Below, in pieces: positions 1 through 9,729 of a stretch of DNA of 64,000 nt. A program made the translations under genes and the position numbers. Source of the stretch: a virus (Duplodnaviria > Heunggongvirae > Uroviricota > Caudoviricetes); IMG/VR virus record IMGVR_UViG_2778261559_000013; one strand, written 5' to 3'. The notes beneath the pieces are model-generated. The model had not been told where the DNA came from and did not search any database. It saw only the letters and a list, made by a program, of their open reading frames with translations. Every line of letters starts with the position of its first letter. Position 1 is the stretch's first letter.

Positions 1-1001
1 TCGTTTCGGATAAAGAATCCATAGTTGCCATAGGCAATGCGCAGACCATTCGCCGATTTGGAAATAATCTCGCCAGCAGCAGTTAATCCGCCAGTTAACG
101 CTCCTCCAGATAGTGGTAAAGCTCCGACATCAGCCGCAGTAGGCTTGTTTTTAGTGTTATACGCTCTGCGCCATCCTGGTGAATAGCTCGTCCCGTTAAA
201 CACATAGACAAACTCCGCATTAGTGAGTGCGCCAGAGACACTTGTCGTTGTTGCCGTTGTTATACGAATCGTATAATTGTTTGAGCTACTGCCGTTATTA
301 AATACCTCAATAACTGCGCCAGCCAGTGGAATAATTCCGCATCCTGTTTCGCTGTCTGGTATGGATGCACTATTTGCATACGCCCAAGCACAACGCGCTA
401 TCCATGCCTTTGCATTAAAAGCACCATTATCTCGTAGCAGAGTCACTAATTGCTCTGTTGTTATTGAAGCTCCATTATCACCTGTTTCAAGCCAACCAGT
501 AGGAGATGCCGGGCAGCCAATATTTGCTGGTGACAGTGAAATATTCGCCGAACCGTCAAATGACACCCCATTAATGGTACGCGCTGTCTGCAACTTCGTG
601 GCAGTTGCTGCATTACCTGTTGTATTCTGATTACCAGTCGCATTAACACCAGGTAAATTAATATTCGCAGTACCATCAAAGCTAACTCCGCCGATAGTTC
701 TTGCCGTCTGTAGTTTTGTAGCGGTAGCAGCATTCCCCGTGGTGTTCTGGTTACCAGTTGTATTTACACCAGGAAGGTTGATATTGGCCGAGCCATCAAA
801 TGCCACACCGCCAATAGTGCGTGCTGTTTTCAATTTCGTTGCGGTATCGGCGTTCCCTGTCAGCGCTCCGGTGATCCCGCCGTTGAAAGTCTGGCGCGCA
901 CTCCATGTGTTAGCCGTGCTCAACAGGGGGATCTTTTCACCACTGGTACCGAGTTCTCTTAAACCAAGGTTTAGGATTGAAATGATGACGCCGGAAACTT
1001 C
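1..1001 (-). CDS. tail fibre protein, variable C-terminal segment (partial; continues past window start), inside the invertible segment
   Basis: Minus-strand frame is open from 1001 down to 1 (stop outside window, so absent from the ORF track). Translation gives ...GNAADTATKLKTARTIGGVAFDGSANINLPGVNTTGNQNTTGNAATATKLQTARTIGGVSFDGTANINLPGVNATGNQN..., the repeat typical of Mu S / P1 S tail fibres. It reads inward from the crossover site next to the invertase. Confidence 0.7.
541..870. repeat. about 2.7 tandem copies of a ~120-bp unit encoding the 40-aa tail-fibre repeat
   Basis: Units beginning atattcgc(c/a)g at 541, 661 and 781 align position by position (shared ...accatcaaa..., ...ccgtctg..., ...ttaccag..., ...caccagg...). 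Confidence 0.6.
954..980. other. cix/gix/hix-type crossover site for the serine invertase
   Basis: ttctcttaaaccaaggtttaggattga contains the near-palindromic core AAACCAAGGTTT characteristic of Hin/Gin/Cin crossover sites. It overlaps the invertase stop codon, and the tail-fibre frame crosses it. Confidence 0.5.
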
Positions 1002-1531
1002 TTATAAAGCGTGGAAACAGCCACATCATAGATGATTGCAACCTGCTTACGGGGGATGCCCTTCTCCAGCAATCGCCGCATTTGCTGCCATGTTTCTTCT
1101 TGGTATTTAGGCCGACGCCCACCTATACGACCTTCTGCGCGAGCTGCATCAAGTCCAGCGCGTGTACGTTCAACGATAAGCTCACGTTCCATTTCTGCCA
1201 GCGCCCCCATTACGTGAAAGAAAAAGCGCCCCATTGGTGTACTGGTGTCGATGGAGTCAGTGAGACTCCGGAAGTTAATGCCTCTGTCACGCAGCTCTTC
1301 CACCAGCACAACTAAGTGACGCATGCTGCGCCCAAGACGGTCTAACTTCCATACGACCAGGGTATCACCTCTGGAAAGCATACGGAGTACCTTTTTTAAC
1401 CCAGGGCGCTCAGCCTTTTTGCCGCTCGCCTTGTCCTCAAAAATTAGCTCACATCCTGCGCTTTCAAGAGCGTTTCGTTGTAAAGCAGTGTTTTGTTCAT
1501 TTGTTGATACGCGTACATAGCCTATTAGCAT
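971..1531 (-). CDS. cin: serine DNA invertase (Cin/Gin/Pin/Hin family), 186 aa
   Basis: MLIGYVRVSTNEQNTALQRN...GDTLVVWKLDRLGRS...FFFHVMGALAEMERELIVERT...IIYDVAVSTLYKKF is a textbook resolvase/invertase catalytic domain with a C-terminal HTH. It sits beside the tail-fibre variable segment as in P1 and Mu. Confidence 0.9.
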   Translation of the reverse strand: MLIGYVRVSTNEQNTALQRNALESAGCELIFEDKASGKKAERPGLKKVLRMLSRGDTLVVWKLDRLGRSMRHLVVLVEELRDRGINFRSLTDSIDTSTPMGRFFFHVMGALAEMERELIVERTRAGLDAARAEGRIGGRRPKYQEETWQQMRRLLEKGIPRKQVAIIYDVAVSTLYKKFPASSFQS

Positions 1532-1658
1532 ATTTTCTGCTCACTATCGTTATTTATAGCAAGCTGCGGATTTTAATTAACAAAAACCAGTATGTGTGGA
1601 AATCACAAAGTACATACCGTTTCCCAATGATATTTAATTCACTATTAAGGAAATAGTT

Positions 1659-1940
1659 ATGTGTGATTTCACAATAATGCTCCTCTCCATCCTTGGCGGG
1701 GTGCATTCGTTTCTGAATGGGATTTGTGAAAAACGTTACGAAGCGTCATGCAGGCAATTGATGGCCGAGTGTATTGCTGCCGTACTTGCAGGCTTTATAG
1801 GCATGTATTTCGCGGAATATAAGGGTATGGATGAAAGTCTTCAGAATTGCGTGACTATTATTTGCAGCATCAATAACAGGCTCATTCTTGAAAAGTTACA
1901 AAGGATTATTGATTCGTACCTCAATAGAAATGCCTCTTAA
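1659..1940 (+). CDS. small hydrophobic protein, first gene of the lysis/dar operon
   Basis: ATG with AAGGA RBS; hydrophobic N-terminus (MLLSILGGV...AAVLAGFIGMYF). No homologue recognised. Confidence 0.45.
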   Translation: MCDFTIMLLSILGGVHSFLNGICEKRYEASCRQLMAECIAAVLAGFIGMYFAEYKGMDESLQNCVTIICSINNRLILEKLQRIIDSYLNRNAS

Positions 1941-2007
1941 GCAACAAATGACCGGTTGAGAAGTTACTTTGCATACCATTACCTCCTGACAACGTAGGAG
2001 GGAACTT

Positions 2008-2337
2008 GTGCTTGACACACAGGAATTAGCTCCAGTTGCTATTGCGCTCCTGCTTTCAGTAATTGGTGGGATAGGCACGTTCCTGATGGATGTCCGAGAC
2101 GGTCGCCAGTCTGGCAATTTGTTGGGATTGGTTACGGAGATCTTTGTTGCAGTGACAGCTGGCGCGGTGGCGTACCTATTGGGGCAACACGAGGGCTGGG
2201 AGTTATCAATTACGTACTTAATGGTAACGATAGCCAGCAATAACGGTCATGAGGTGATTTCAGGGATGAAACGAGTGAATATCGATAGCATTCTGAATGT
2301 TCTTACAAGTTTGGTGAAAAAGGGAGGCGGGAAATGA
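2008..2337 (+). CDS. holin (LydA-like by position), 109 aa
   Basis: GTG start after AGGAGG RBS; three predicted TM segments (VAIALLLSVIGGIGTFL, FVAVTAGAVAYLL, LSITYLMVTIA); stop overlaps the next gene. Confidence 0.6.
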   Translation: MLDTQELAPVAIALLLSVIGGIGTFLMDVRDGRQSGNLLGLVTEIFVAVTAGAVAYLLGQHEGWELSITYLMVTIASNNGHEVISGMKRVNIDSILNVLTSLVKKGGGK

Positions 2338-2777
2338 TTGGCTGGGGTGTATGCGTTCTTGCGTTAGCCTTAGCCGATCGCTATTTGCTAAAACGCAAGG
2401 ACATCACGCATTTAGAACTTGGTGATGTGGAAATTAAACCGGGTTTCATCCGGGTGCCGTTCAAGTACCGGTCTAAATTCCCGTTTTTGCGCGGCGCAAC
2501 GGTCAGATATTGGATCCGCGATGTTCAGAAGCCGACGACAGTGATTGAAGGTGAACAACGTTGTCTGACGTCGGCTGAACAGGGCGAAAACAGTGAATGG
2601 TTGTACATACCCACTGAATATATGGGTAAAGGAGAGCGACTGTGGCATTTCAACGTCATGGTTACGCATGGCGACTCGTTCATTAACCCGTTGTATCGGA
2701 TTTTCCCTGTTACTCAGCAAATCCGCAGAAGTTACGTAATAAATCTCGCGCAGGATGTGTCAGATGACGAAAAATAA
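2334..2777 (+). CDS. holin-associated protein (LydB-like by position), 147 aa
   Basis: ATGA overlap with the upstream holin; N-terminal TM segment. Assignment by synteny only. Confidence 0.5.
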   Translation: MIGWGVCVLALALADRYLLKRKDITHLELGDVEIKPGFIRVPFKYRSKFPFLRGATVRYWIRDVQKPTTVIEGEQRCLTSAEQGENSEWLYIPTEYMGKGERLWHFNVMVTHGDSFINPLYRIFPVTQQIRRSYVINLAQDVSDDEK

Positions 2778-3366
2778 GTATGCAACGGTCGATTTTGACC
2801 AGGTTAATGAAAAGGGGCTGAAATCCCTTATCGCGGCGATCAATAAAACCGGGGTTACGGTAATTGAGGTTGACTCCAGCAACCGCGCAACAACGAAAGA
2901 TGGCGTTAAAGTTAAAACCGCAAAGCTGGTTCTTAACGACGGACAAATTCTTGCCATACAGGTAAACGATACTGGCGATATATCGTCTGTGAAACTGAAT
3001 GGAAAAGCTATTCCTAACGCTCAGTCGCCGGATATCAAGACGCTTGGTACCGTCATGGGACAGGCGGCCCGTAAAAACTCCGCAAAATTCCAGAAATCAC
3101 TGATCGCCAAAGCGAAGCGTGTTGCCAATCCGGTAGACAAGAAACCGGCAGTTAAATCCAACTTTCAGCGCCTGCAAGAAGCAAAACAGCGGAATGCTCA
3201 GGTGGTTGCCGCTTATAAGTCCGCGCAGAATTCGGTGTCTTTCAATCAACAGCAGATCACTGATTTGCGGGCGAAGCTGGATAAGGAGACGGGCCGACTC
3301 AATAACGAAAAGGCACGGAATGGCGAACTCAAACTTCGTCTTAAGCAACTGAAAGCAGGAAATTAA
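2755..3366 (+). CDS. Hdf-like capsid/antirestriction protein (homologue of a DarA fragment), 203 aa
   Basis: Shares the segment KNSAKFQ followed by a coiled coil with the 639-aa protein immediately downstream. An alternative start is the second ATG at 2764. Confidence 0.6.
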   Translation: MCQMTKNKYATVDFDQVNEKGLKSLIAAINKTGVTVIEVDSSNRATTKDGVKVKTAKLVLNDGQILAIQVNDTGDISSVKLNGKAIPNAQSPDIKTLGTVMGQAARKNSAKFQKSLIAKAKRVANPVDKKPAVKSNFQRLQEAKQRNAQVVAAYKSAQNSVSFNQQQITDLRAKLDKETGRLNNEKARNGELKLRLKQLKAGN

Positions 3367-3367
3367 C

Positions 3368-5287
3368 ATGGAACAGTTCAATATCAATAAAGGGGTGACG
3401 ATCAAGCCTGGGCTTGACGTGCTTCCCCCGCCAGTGACTGATGATGAATATCGCGCATTAATGGCCGGTGAGGACCGCTATCTGATGACGGAATCCAACA
3501 CCCTGGAGGAAATCGAGGCTACGTTCTTCTATGACACGCCGATCCACTGGTGTGCTACGGATTTACTGGAGGCGATTAGTTCTACTCGTTTGCAGTTACA
3601 CCGGACCATGCAGGCATTTGTCCGGGCATTGAACCAGAAGCTGAATGGTACCGGAATCTCTGCGGGGAGTGATAAAACGGGGGAGGTGGCCCAGAGCGGC
3701 GCGCGCGCGATCGGCGGTGCTGAAATTGGCCGGGCACGTAACGTTAACGGGCTGCCGGTCCTGCCAGCCATTATTCCGCTCAGTGATGGTCAGACTATCA
3801 GCATTCTGTTTCATAGCCCGACAGCGGAAAACCGGATCACCAATAGCGATACGCTGGTTGCTTTCCAGTTCTTACTGAATAAAAAAGACGTTACTCACAC
3901 CGTTGCTCCGATGAGTGGACGTGATATGACGCTGGCGCAGGTCACCATGAAACTTGCCAACCTTGCAGAGAAAAACTCGGCAAAATTCCAGCGTGCGCAG
4001 AAGAAGAAAAAAGCCCTTGTTGATGAAATAACCCAACTACAGGCTGACAGTGACCAGAAAGAGGACGCCATGAGCGACCTCGCGGATCAGGTGGCAGCGG
4101 TAGAAGGGCAGAAGGCAGATCTGGAGCAGAAAATTAACGCTGTTGCATCGGAAGCGGATTCTCTTTATGAAGAGAATGAGCGTTTGCAGGGGGAGATTGA
4201 TCGGCTCAATCGCACTGGTGGGCGCGATACCATTGCCCCTGCGGGGATGACTGGTGGGCACTCTCGCGCGCTGACGGATCGCCTTGCCAGTATCAAAAAT
4301 CGTATGCATATGGACGGGGAAGCGACGCTCAGTAATGGTGCATCAATGAAGCAATTCATTGGGGACGGCGAAGGGTATATCCAGTTAACCGATCCGGATG
4401 GCAGCGTATACATGATCAAGGCTAAATCCATACAGGGTGTGGACATGGCAGATGCGATCGGCAAGCTGTTTAAAGCCTATAAAGCGGGTAATGTATCGGA
4501 ATACCTGGTCCAACCAGAAGAACATAAACCGGAAAACGTCGAACCTGAACCAGCGGAGGATACCGGTAGCTCTTCGCCTGAACCAGAAGTCTCTGTAGGT
4601 GCATATCGATATGCCCTGCAAATGCGTCCGGCGGCCCCTGGCGCAATACCTGAAGGTAACAAAGCAATTCTGCCGCGCCCTGATGAAGGTGACCCGTATT
4701 ATGAATATGCACGCTACGGCATTGCTACTTACGATACCCCGCTTTCTGATCAGCAAATGAGTGAGTACGACCTGAAGTTATTGCCTCGCGAGGATTCTTT
4801 CGATTTCCTGGCGAAGACACTTACTAATGGTCCGTTTGGCAAATATGCACAAAAAGCTCTGGAGCTGGCCACCAGCTCACCAGACGAGTTCCGCGTAATG
4901 CTGAAAACTCAGTTTCAAAAAACTTTCCCCAATATTGCGTTTCCTGGGGGCGCTGGCACCGAGAAAATGGTGCAGAGCATGATCAATGCATTGCAGGCCG
5001 AAGTCGGTGAGATTACTCAGCCAGAACCGGCCCCGGCACAGCCTGATGAAACGGTTAGCGAAGCAGATGCAGAGGCTAATAAAGCCATTGAATATCTCAA
5101 TAACGTGATGGATATGCAAAGCACTGACATGGCGGAGATCCGTAACGCCCGGGGCAATGTCCGGGAAGCGATTGCACCCCTTCAGGCTGCCGGACGTTTT
5201 GAGGAAAACGAAGAGCTGGTTAACGGCGCAGCTCGCCACCTGGCTGATCTGTTGGTAGCAATCCAGAAAGCGGGGGTAGCGGCATGA
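3368..5287 (+). CDS. darA: DarA antirestriction capsid protein, 639 aa
   Basis: Size, position in the lysis/dar operon, internal homology to the upstream Hdf-like protein, long coiled-coil centre, acidic PEP-rich linker. My recollection of P1 DarA size and operon order agrees. Confidence 0.7.
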   Translation: MEQFNINKGVTIKPGLDVLPPPVTDDEYRALMAGEDRYLMTESNTLEEIEATFFYDTPIHWCATDLLEAISSTRLQLHRTMQAFVRALNQKLNGTGISAGSDKTGEVAQSGARAIGGAEIGRARNVNGLPVLPAIIPLSDGQTISILFHSPTAENRITNSDTLVAFQFLLNKKDVTHTVAPMSGRDMTLAQVTMKLANLAEKNSAKFQRAQKKKKALVDEITQLQADSDQKEDAMSDLADQVAAVEGQKADLEQKINAVASEADSLYEENERLQGEIDRLNRTGGRDTIAPAGMTGGHSRALTDRLASIKNRMHMDGEATLSNGASMKQFIGDGEGYIQLTDPDGSVYMIKAKSIQGVDMADAIGKLFKAYKAGNVSEYLVQPEEHKPENVEPEPAEDTGSSSPEPEVSVGAYRYALQMRPAAPGAIPEGNKAILPRPDEGDPYYEYARYGIATYDTPLSDQQMSEYDLKLLPREDSFDFLAKTLTNGPFGKYAQKALELATSSPDEFRVMLKTQFQKTFPNIAFPGGAGTEKMVQSMINALQAEVGEITQPEPAPAQPDETVSEADAEANKAIEYLNNVMDMQSTDMAEIRNARGNVREAIAPLQAAGRFEENEELVNGAARHLADLLVAIQKAGVAA

Positions 5288-5649
5288 CACTATCAGCTAT
5301 TGAGTTAATGGATCTCAGCGATAAGTTGGATGCTCTGATGTCCAAAGCGGCTACCGCGAGTGGTATGGAGTTGCTGGATATCAGCGATGAAATTGACCAG
5401 ATCATGCAACAGATGGGGTACGGCGCGTCCGGCGGTGGTAGTGGCGAGGAAAAACAACCTTCGGAACATGATGGTGTGCCAAAACTGGTTGCTGATTTCC
5501 TGGCTGATAAATTCGTCGATCAGAGCACCGATGCATTTATCGGTACCTTGCAGGATTTGAGTCAATATGTTGGCACATACATCGACCTGGACCAGGTTAA
5601 ACAGCACACGGCGGCATGGATAGCCGCCAACATTAAAGAGGCAGCATAA
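5284..5649 (+). CDS. DdrA-like small acidic protein, 121 aa
   Basis: ATGA start/stop overlap with darA; acidic. Named by synteny only. Confidence 0.5.
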   Translation: MTLSAIELMDLSDKLDALMSKAATASGMELLDISDEIDQIMQQMGYGASGGGSGEEKQPSEHDGVPKLVADFLADKFVDQSTDAFIGTLQDLSQYVGTYIDLDQVKQHTAAWIAANIKEAA

Positions 5650-5661
5650 GGCGTAACAGGG

Positions 5662-8649
5662 ATGAGCTTAAGCGATCAGGTGGTAATGGCCACCAGCATA
5701 GAAACGCTGATCGAGCTGCTAAAGAACCTGCCCGATTATGGGCGGGTTTCGTATGTGGTGACAGCGAAGGGAGACGAGGTAAAAACAGCGTTTGATATCG
5801 TCGATGCCTCAGTTCTTTTGGTATCCAATACTCTGGATGGGAAAATTAATCCAGACTATCCCCAGGAACTTCAGCCGCGCGACCGGACCCGCGCATCCAG
5901 CCTTCTTCAGGTCAACCAGATATCCAAGGATTTGCGTCCTGCCCAGCTTACCGATTCCGGTTTATCCAGCCATGGCGCGCCAATAATTGGTGAGGACAAT
6001 GCCGTTGAGTCAGGTAATGGGCGGACCATGGGGATCATTAAAGCCTATCAGGACGGTAATGCGGATCGGTATCGGGAGTACCTGATTGAACATGCGACCG
6101 AATTCGGCATACGGCCTGAAAAGGTTGAATCAATGACGGCTCCGGTACTGGTGCGCCGCCGGTTAACGAAGGTTGACCGTGTTCAGTTTGCCAAGGACTC
6201 AAATATTTCTGATCTCCAGGAAATGGCAGCCAGTGAAAAGGCTTTTGTTGATGCCGACAGCATAACACCGGCGATGATGGCGTTGTTTAACCCGTCAGAA
6301 AGTGGAGATCTGCTTAGCCGCAGTAATGACGCGTTTATTCGCGGATTTATGACGCAAGTTGGTGCCACACAGGCGGCTGGCCTTGTAACTGAAGATGGGC
6401 GACCAACACGGCAACTTGTAGACCGTATACAAAACGCGATCTTTGCCAAGGCATATAAGGATGCGCGCTTGGTAAGGATGGTTGCAGAAGAACCTGATCC
6501 GGATATGCGTAATGTTCTGACGGCGCTTAATGCGGCAGCCAATGATTTTGTCCAGATGCAGGCTTTATCAGGAGAAGCGCACAAGCAGGCTGTGACAACT
6601 ATTGTTGATGGCATTGAGACAGCGGATAGCCTCGATAAAAAGGCGCTGGAGGCATTGAAAGATGCGGTAGACCTGGTAAGGCAATCGAAGGAGTCAGGCC
6701 AGCATATTACCGATGTTATTGCTCAGGGGGATATGTTCAGCGAAACGGCCCCGGAAGTGAAAGCACTCGCGTTGTTCATCGTCGCGAATAACCGTAGCGC
6801 GAAGCGTATGGCCACCGCCTTTAAGTTGATGGCTCAACGTATCAATGATGAGTTACAGCACCAGGGCCAGGCGCTGGGGGATATGTTTGGCGGCGGCGAT
6901 GTGTCGTTACAGGATATCCTTCGCCAGGTGTCTCAGGAACTGGAAAACGAAGGCATGCAAGGGATATCCGGCGGTCTTTTCGAGTCCGTTTCCGGCGGTA
7001 GTTACAACGGTGTTGCTCCGTATACCAGTTTGCTATTACATCGGGCATCCGGCATCAAAGACATTATTCATCTGATCAGGCTGCTTTCCCGCACAGATCC
7101 CCAGGATGAACAGCTTGTACAAGTGCTTGCGCATTTTGTTCGAATGCCTGTTGCCGACGTGAAAAAATGGTGCCGATTATTCGGTATCAGCAATTCGTTA
7201 CTTCGCGGATTGTTAAATCACGCATCCTCCCTTGGGCGCGACGGCTTTGATGAGATAGCGCAGGCGATAAAAAACGGAGATATGCCACCAGCTATTGACT
7301 GGTTTTCCATTCGCCCAACCAGAGTGAAAGCATTCCTTAGCGCGGCGCAATCAGCATCACCATTGGCAGAAATGGTTCAGAGGTTATCGCTCATATTCAC
7401 AGACCATACCGCGTTGGGTGATCTGACTCTGGACGAGATGAAAGAAGCCTCCATTCAGTGGGCCGATCAACAAAATGAGGTTAACTCAGACTTCTTGCCA
7501 GCATTCAGGAAGGCCGTTAGTAAAGCGGATGATGCCCGTGGAATTCTGAAGGCATTTAAGGCATTGCAAAGTCGTGTTAATAAACATGTCGGTGATATCG
7601 ATGGGGTAACGGCGGAAGGCCGGGATATCCTTAAAGAGCACGGCATAACGCCAGAGTTTATTGATGAGATCAGGACTGATATGCAGCGTGAGGTCGTATC
7701 GTCCCTGCAAATCGTAGCCAGAGCGTTGGCGGATGCTAATCCGAAGAGTGCGGCCATTGTTAACCGGGTTATTGGTGATATTGAAGCATCGGAGGGCATG
7801 GGGGCGCTGAAACTCTTCCTTTCGCGAGCGTTTAATCCTAACGGCAATATTCTCCCTGGCATTATTGGTGAGGCTAAAAAGTATGTCAGTGAAGAAGAAC
7901 TTGAGCAGCTTGACCAACTACTTAAGCGATTCTCATATAACCCGCAGACACGCTGGCAAATGAATCAGCGAAGTATGGGTTCGGTCCACGAGAAAGTGTT
8001 ATCTGCCATGAACAGTGCGATCGCAAACTCATCCGTATCTGAAGAAAAAGCTCTTGAGTGGGCCGACTCTTTTATCACAGAAGAAGTGGAAGAAGTCCGC
8101 GCTGGACAGAATGGTGGGATAGACCTGCGCAAGGAACTTGCTGATATTTATCGCCTGACCGGCGGGAAAATATCGACCTTATCAAAGGTAGTTCACCACC
8201 AGGGAAGGGCATATGCAAATCTTAATGGTGTTGTTGCTGTCAATTTGAACGATGAAAATGCAAGTGCACTGTGGCACGAGCTGGGTCATCATCTTGAGTA
8301 CAGTAACCCTGGTTTGTTAGAGAAAGCCCGGTCATTCCTGAAGGCCAATGTTGAAGGGGATAAGCCATCTTTCGTCAATATCGGTGGGCGTGGCAAGCCT
8401 GAATGGTGCTTCAGATCTCGATTGAGTAATATTTATATGGCGAAGGTATACCCGCCAGCCTCAGTAAGTAACACCGGGAAAATTCGGCAGAAATCACCGA
8501 CTATTTCCAAAACGTCAGCAACGGAAGTATTCTCTATGGCTCTTCAGTTGTATCATGACAAAGAGGCCGCTGCCGCATCACTGATGAATGGTGACGGATT
8601 GCTGGAACTGTTATTAGGTGTGGCAAAGGAGCTAAATAATGCAGATTAA
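5662..8649 (+). CDS. DdrB-like large capsid/antirestriction protein with a C-terminal HExxH zincin motif, 995 aa
   Basis: Co-operonic with darA. Contains ALWHELGHHLEYSNPG (HELGH, nt 8275-8292), a classic zinc-metallopeptidase signature. Name by synteny. Confidence 0.6.
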   Translation: MSLSDQVVMATSIETLIELLKNLPDYGRVSYVVTAKGDEVKTAFDIVDASVLLVSNTLDGKINPDYPQELQPRDRTRASSLLQVNQISKDLRPAQLTDSGLSSHGAPIIGEDNAVESGNGRTMGIIKAYQDGNADRYREYLIEHATEFGIRPEKVESMTAPVLVRRRLTKVDRVQFAKDSNISDLQEMAASEKAFVDADSITPAMMALFNPSESGDLLSRSNDAFIRGFMTQVGATQAAGLVTEDGRPTRQLVDRIQNAIFAKAYKDARLVRMVAEEPDPDMRNVLTALNAAANDFVQMQALSGEAHKQAVTTIVDGIETADSLDKKALEALKDAVDLVRQSKESGQHITDVIAQGDMFSETAPEVKALALFIVANNRSAKRMATAFKLMAQRINDELQHQGQALGDMFGGGDVSLQDILRQVSQELENEGMQGISGGLFESVSGGSYNGVAPYTSLLLHRASGIKDIIHLIRLLSRTDPQDEQLVQVLAHFVRMPVADVKKWCRLFGISNSLLRGLLNHASSLGRDGFDEIAQAIKNGDMPPAIDWFSIRPTRVKAFLSAAQSASPLAEMVQRLSLIFTDHTALGDLTLDEMKEASIQWADQQNEVNSDFLPAFRKAVSKADDARGILKAFKALQSRVNKHVGDIDGVTAEGRDILKEHGITPEFIDEIRTDMQREVVSSLQIVARALADANPKSAAIVNRVIGDIEASEGMGALKLFLSRAFNPNGNILPGIIGEAKKYVSEEELEQLDQLLKRFSYNPQTRWQMNQRSMGSVHEKVLSAMNSAIANSSVSEEKALEWADSFITEEVEEVRAGQNGGIDLRKELADIYRLTGGKISTLSKVVHHQGRAYANLNGVVAVNLNDENASALWHELGHHLEYSNPGLLEKARSFLKANVEGDKPSFVNIGGRGKPEWCFRSRLSNIYMAKVYPPASVSNTGKIRQKSPTISKTSATEVFSMALQLYHDKEAAAASLMNGDGLLELLLGVAKELNNAD

Positions 8650-8947
8650 AATCGCAGCGCCATTAGGCGGAGATGCCATTATCGAATTTGATGATAATGA
8701 AGAAGTTTCCGGGCGTTTAAGCATTATCTCCGGTGACATTACCGAGGACATGATCGCTGAAGCCATAGCTGGGGCAAATCCCAATAGCTATATGGGATTC
8801 GTTAACACCCTTGATGCTCCCGCAAGTGATGTTCTCCGAACGCTGCATCTTTACGCTGGCTGGTTTGTTGATTGGCCAGCAGTAGAGGGTGGCGATGAGG
8901 ACGACGACGATGATTTGGGTGATCATGTGGATCAGTTTGTATATTAG
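8639..8947 (+). CDS. small acidic protein, 102 aa, last gene of the dar operon
   Basis: Start overlaps the end of the 995-aa gene; C-terminal DEDDDDD tract. Confidence 0.45.
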   Translation: MQIKIAAPLGGDAIIEFDDNEEVSGRLSIISGDITEDMIAEAIAGANPNSYMGFVNTLDAPASDVLRTLHLYAGWFVDWPAVEGGDEDDDDDLGDHVDQFVY

Positions 8948-9153
8948 ATACTAACAGATCGTCTATGTGGCTAGAATCGTTCGAGTTTAGCGATTAACGG
9001 AAGTTCTGGTCGATTATGATTAGTGCATATTCATGCACAGGCACACAAAATCTGGAGATATTGATCAGCGTTTATGTATAGTTTGTAATATAAAAATCGC
9101 CTTGAACGGAGTTTGTGCGTTATGAGAATCAATCTTAACTCTGGAGTAAGATA

Positions 9154-9522
9154 GTGGACGCTTTGTCTGAGGTTTTCGTTAATAATTGGCTTCCTGGTAT
9201 CTGCACATTTTTTTTAGGTATCTTTTATTCTAATATTGTTGAAAAAAAGAAACTTAAACAGAAGTTAAAGAATGATATTCTTGAGATATTCATTCCTGTA
9301 TTTAACGCCGGAAATGAAATCTCCATTGAAATTGCTGAGAATGCTTACAGGAATATGAATGGTACGTTTCAGTTGTACAAGAGAATATATCCAGGTATGT
9401 TCAACAAAGAAGCAGAGCGTGAGCTAGACCGACTACTAAAAGACGGTTTCCTCATAAATGGAGAGGTTAATAAGCATTACTTTGAACCAACTAATATTGA
9501 GAGCCTGATTAAAAGATTATAA
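9154..9522 (+). CDS. hypothetical membrane protein, 122 aa (low-GC cargo)
   Basis: GTG start 6 nt after GGAGTAAG; N-terminal TM helix (LPGICTFFLGIFYSNIV); AT-rich codon usage unlike the flanking phage genes; followed by an intrinsic terminator. Confidence 0.45.
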   Translation: MDALSEVFVNNWLPGICTFFLGIFYSNIVEKKKLKQKLKNDILEIFIPVFNAGNEISIEIAENAYRNMNGTFQLYKRIYPGMFNKEAERELDRLLKDGFLINGEVNKHYFEPTNIESLIKRL

Positions 9523-9540
9523 CTCATTTACCACAGTTAA

Positions 9541-9565
9541 AACCCCGCTTCATTGCGGGGTTTGC
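9541..9565 (+). terminator. rho-independent terminator after the 122-aa gene
   Basis: ccccgc-ttcatt-gcgggg stem-loop followed by ttt. Confidence 0.5.
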
Positions 9566-9729
9566 ATCATGCGCCAATAAAAGCTATTTATTCTGCGTCA
9601 AGTTGTAACATCTAATCCACTATTATATATCGTTATGTTTGGCATATAACAGATAATTAAATGAATTATATCCAGATCTAATTTTATGCGGTTCTGGAAC
9701 CCGGCTACGTACTATATAATAGAAAAAAA

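Noticed and set aside
277-1035. Plus-strand ORFs 277..630 and 739..1035 from the six-frame track
   Set aside because: They are antisense to the tail-fibre frame, which has the diagnostic repeat sequence; the plus-strand translations are low-complexity with no motifs.
1560-1658. Possible Lpa-dependent late promoter upstream of the lysis/dar operon (and similarly upstream of darB and pacA)
   Set aside because: I could not recover a convincing shared motif among the three upstream regions from memory of the P1 late-promoter consensus, so no promoter is called.
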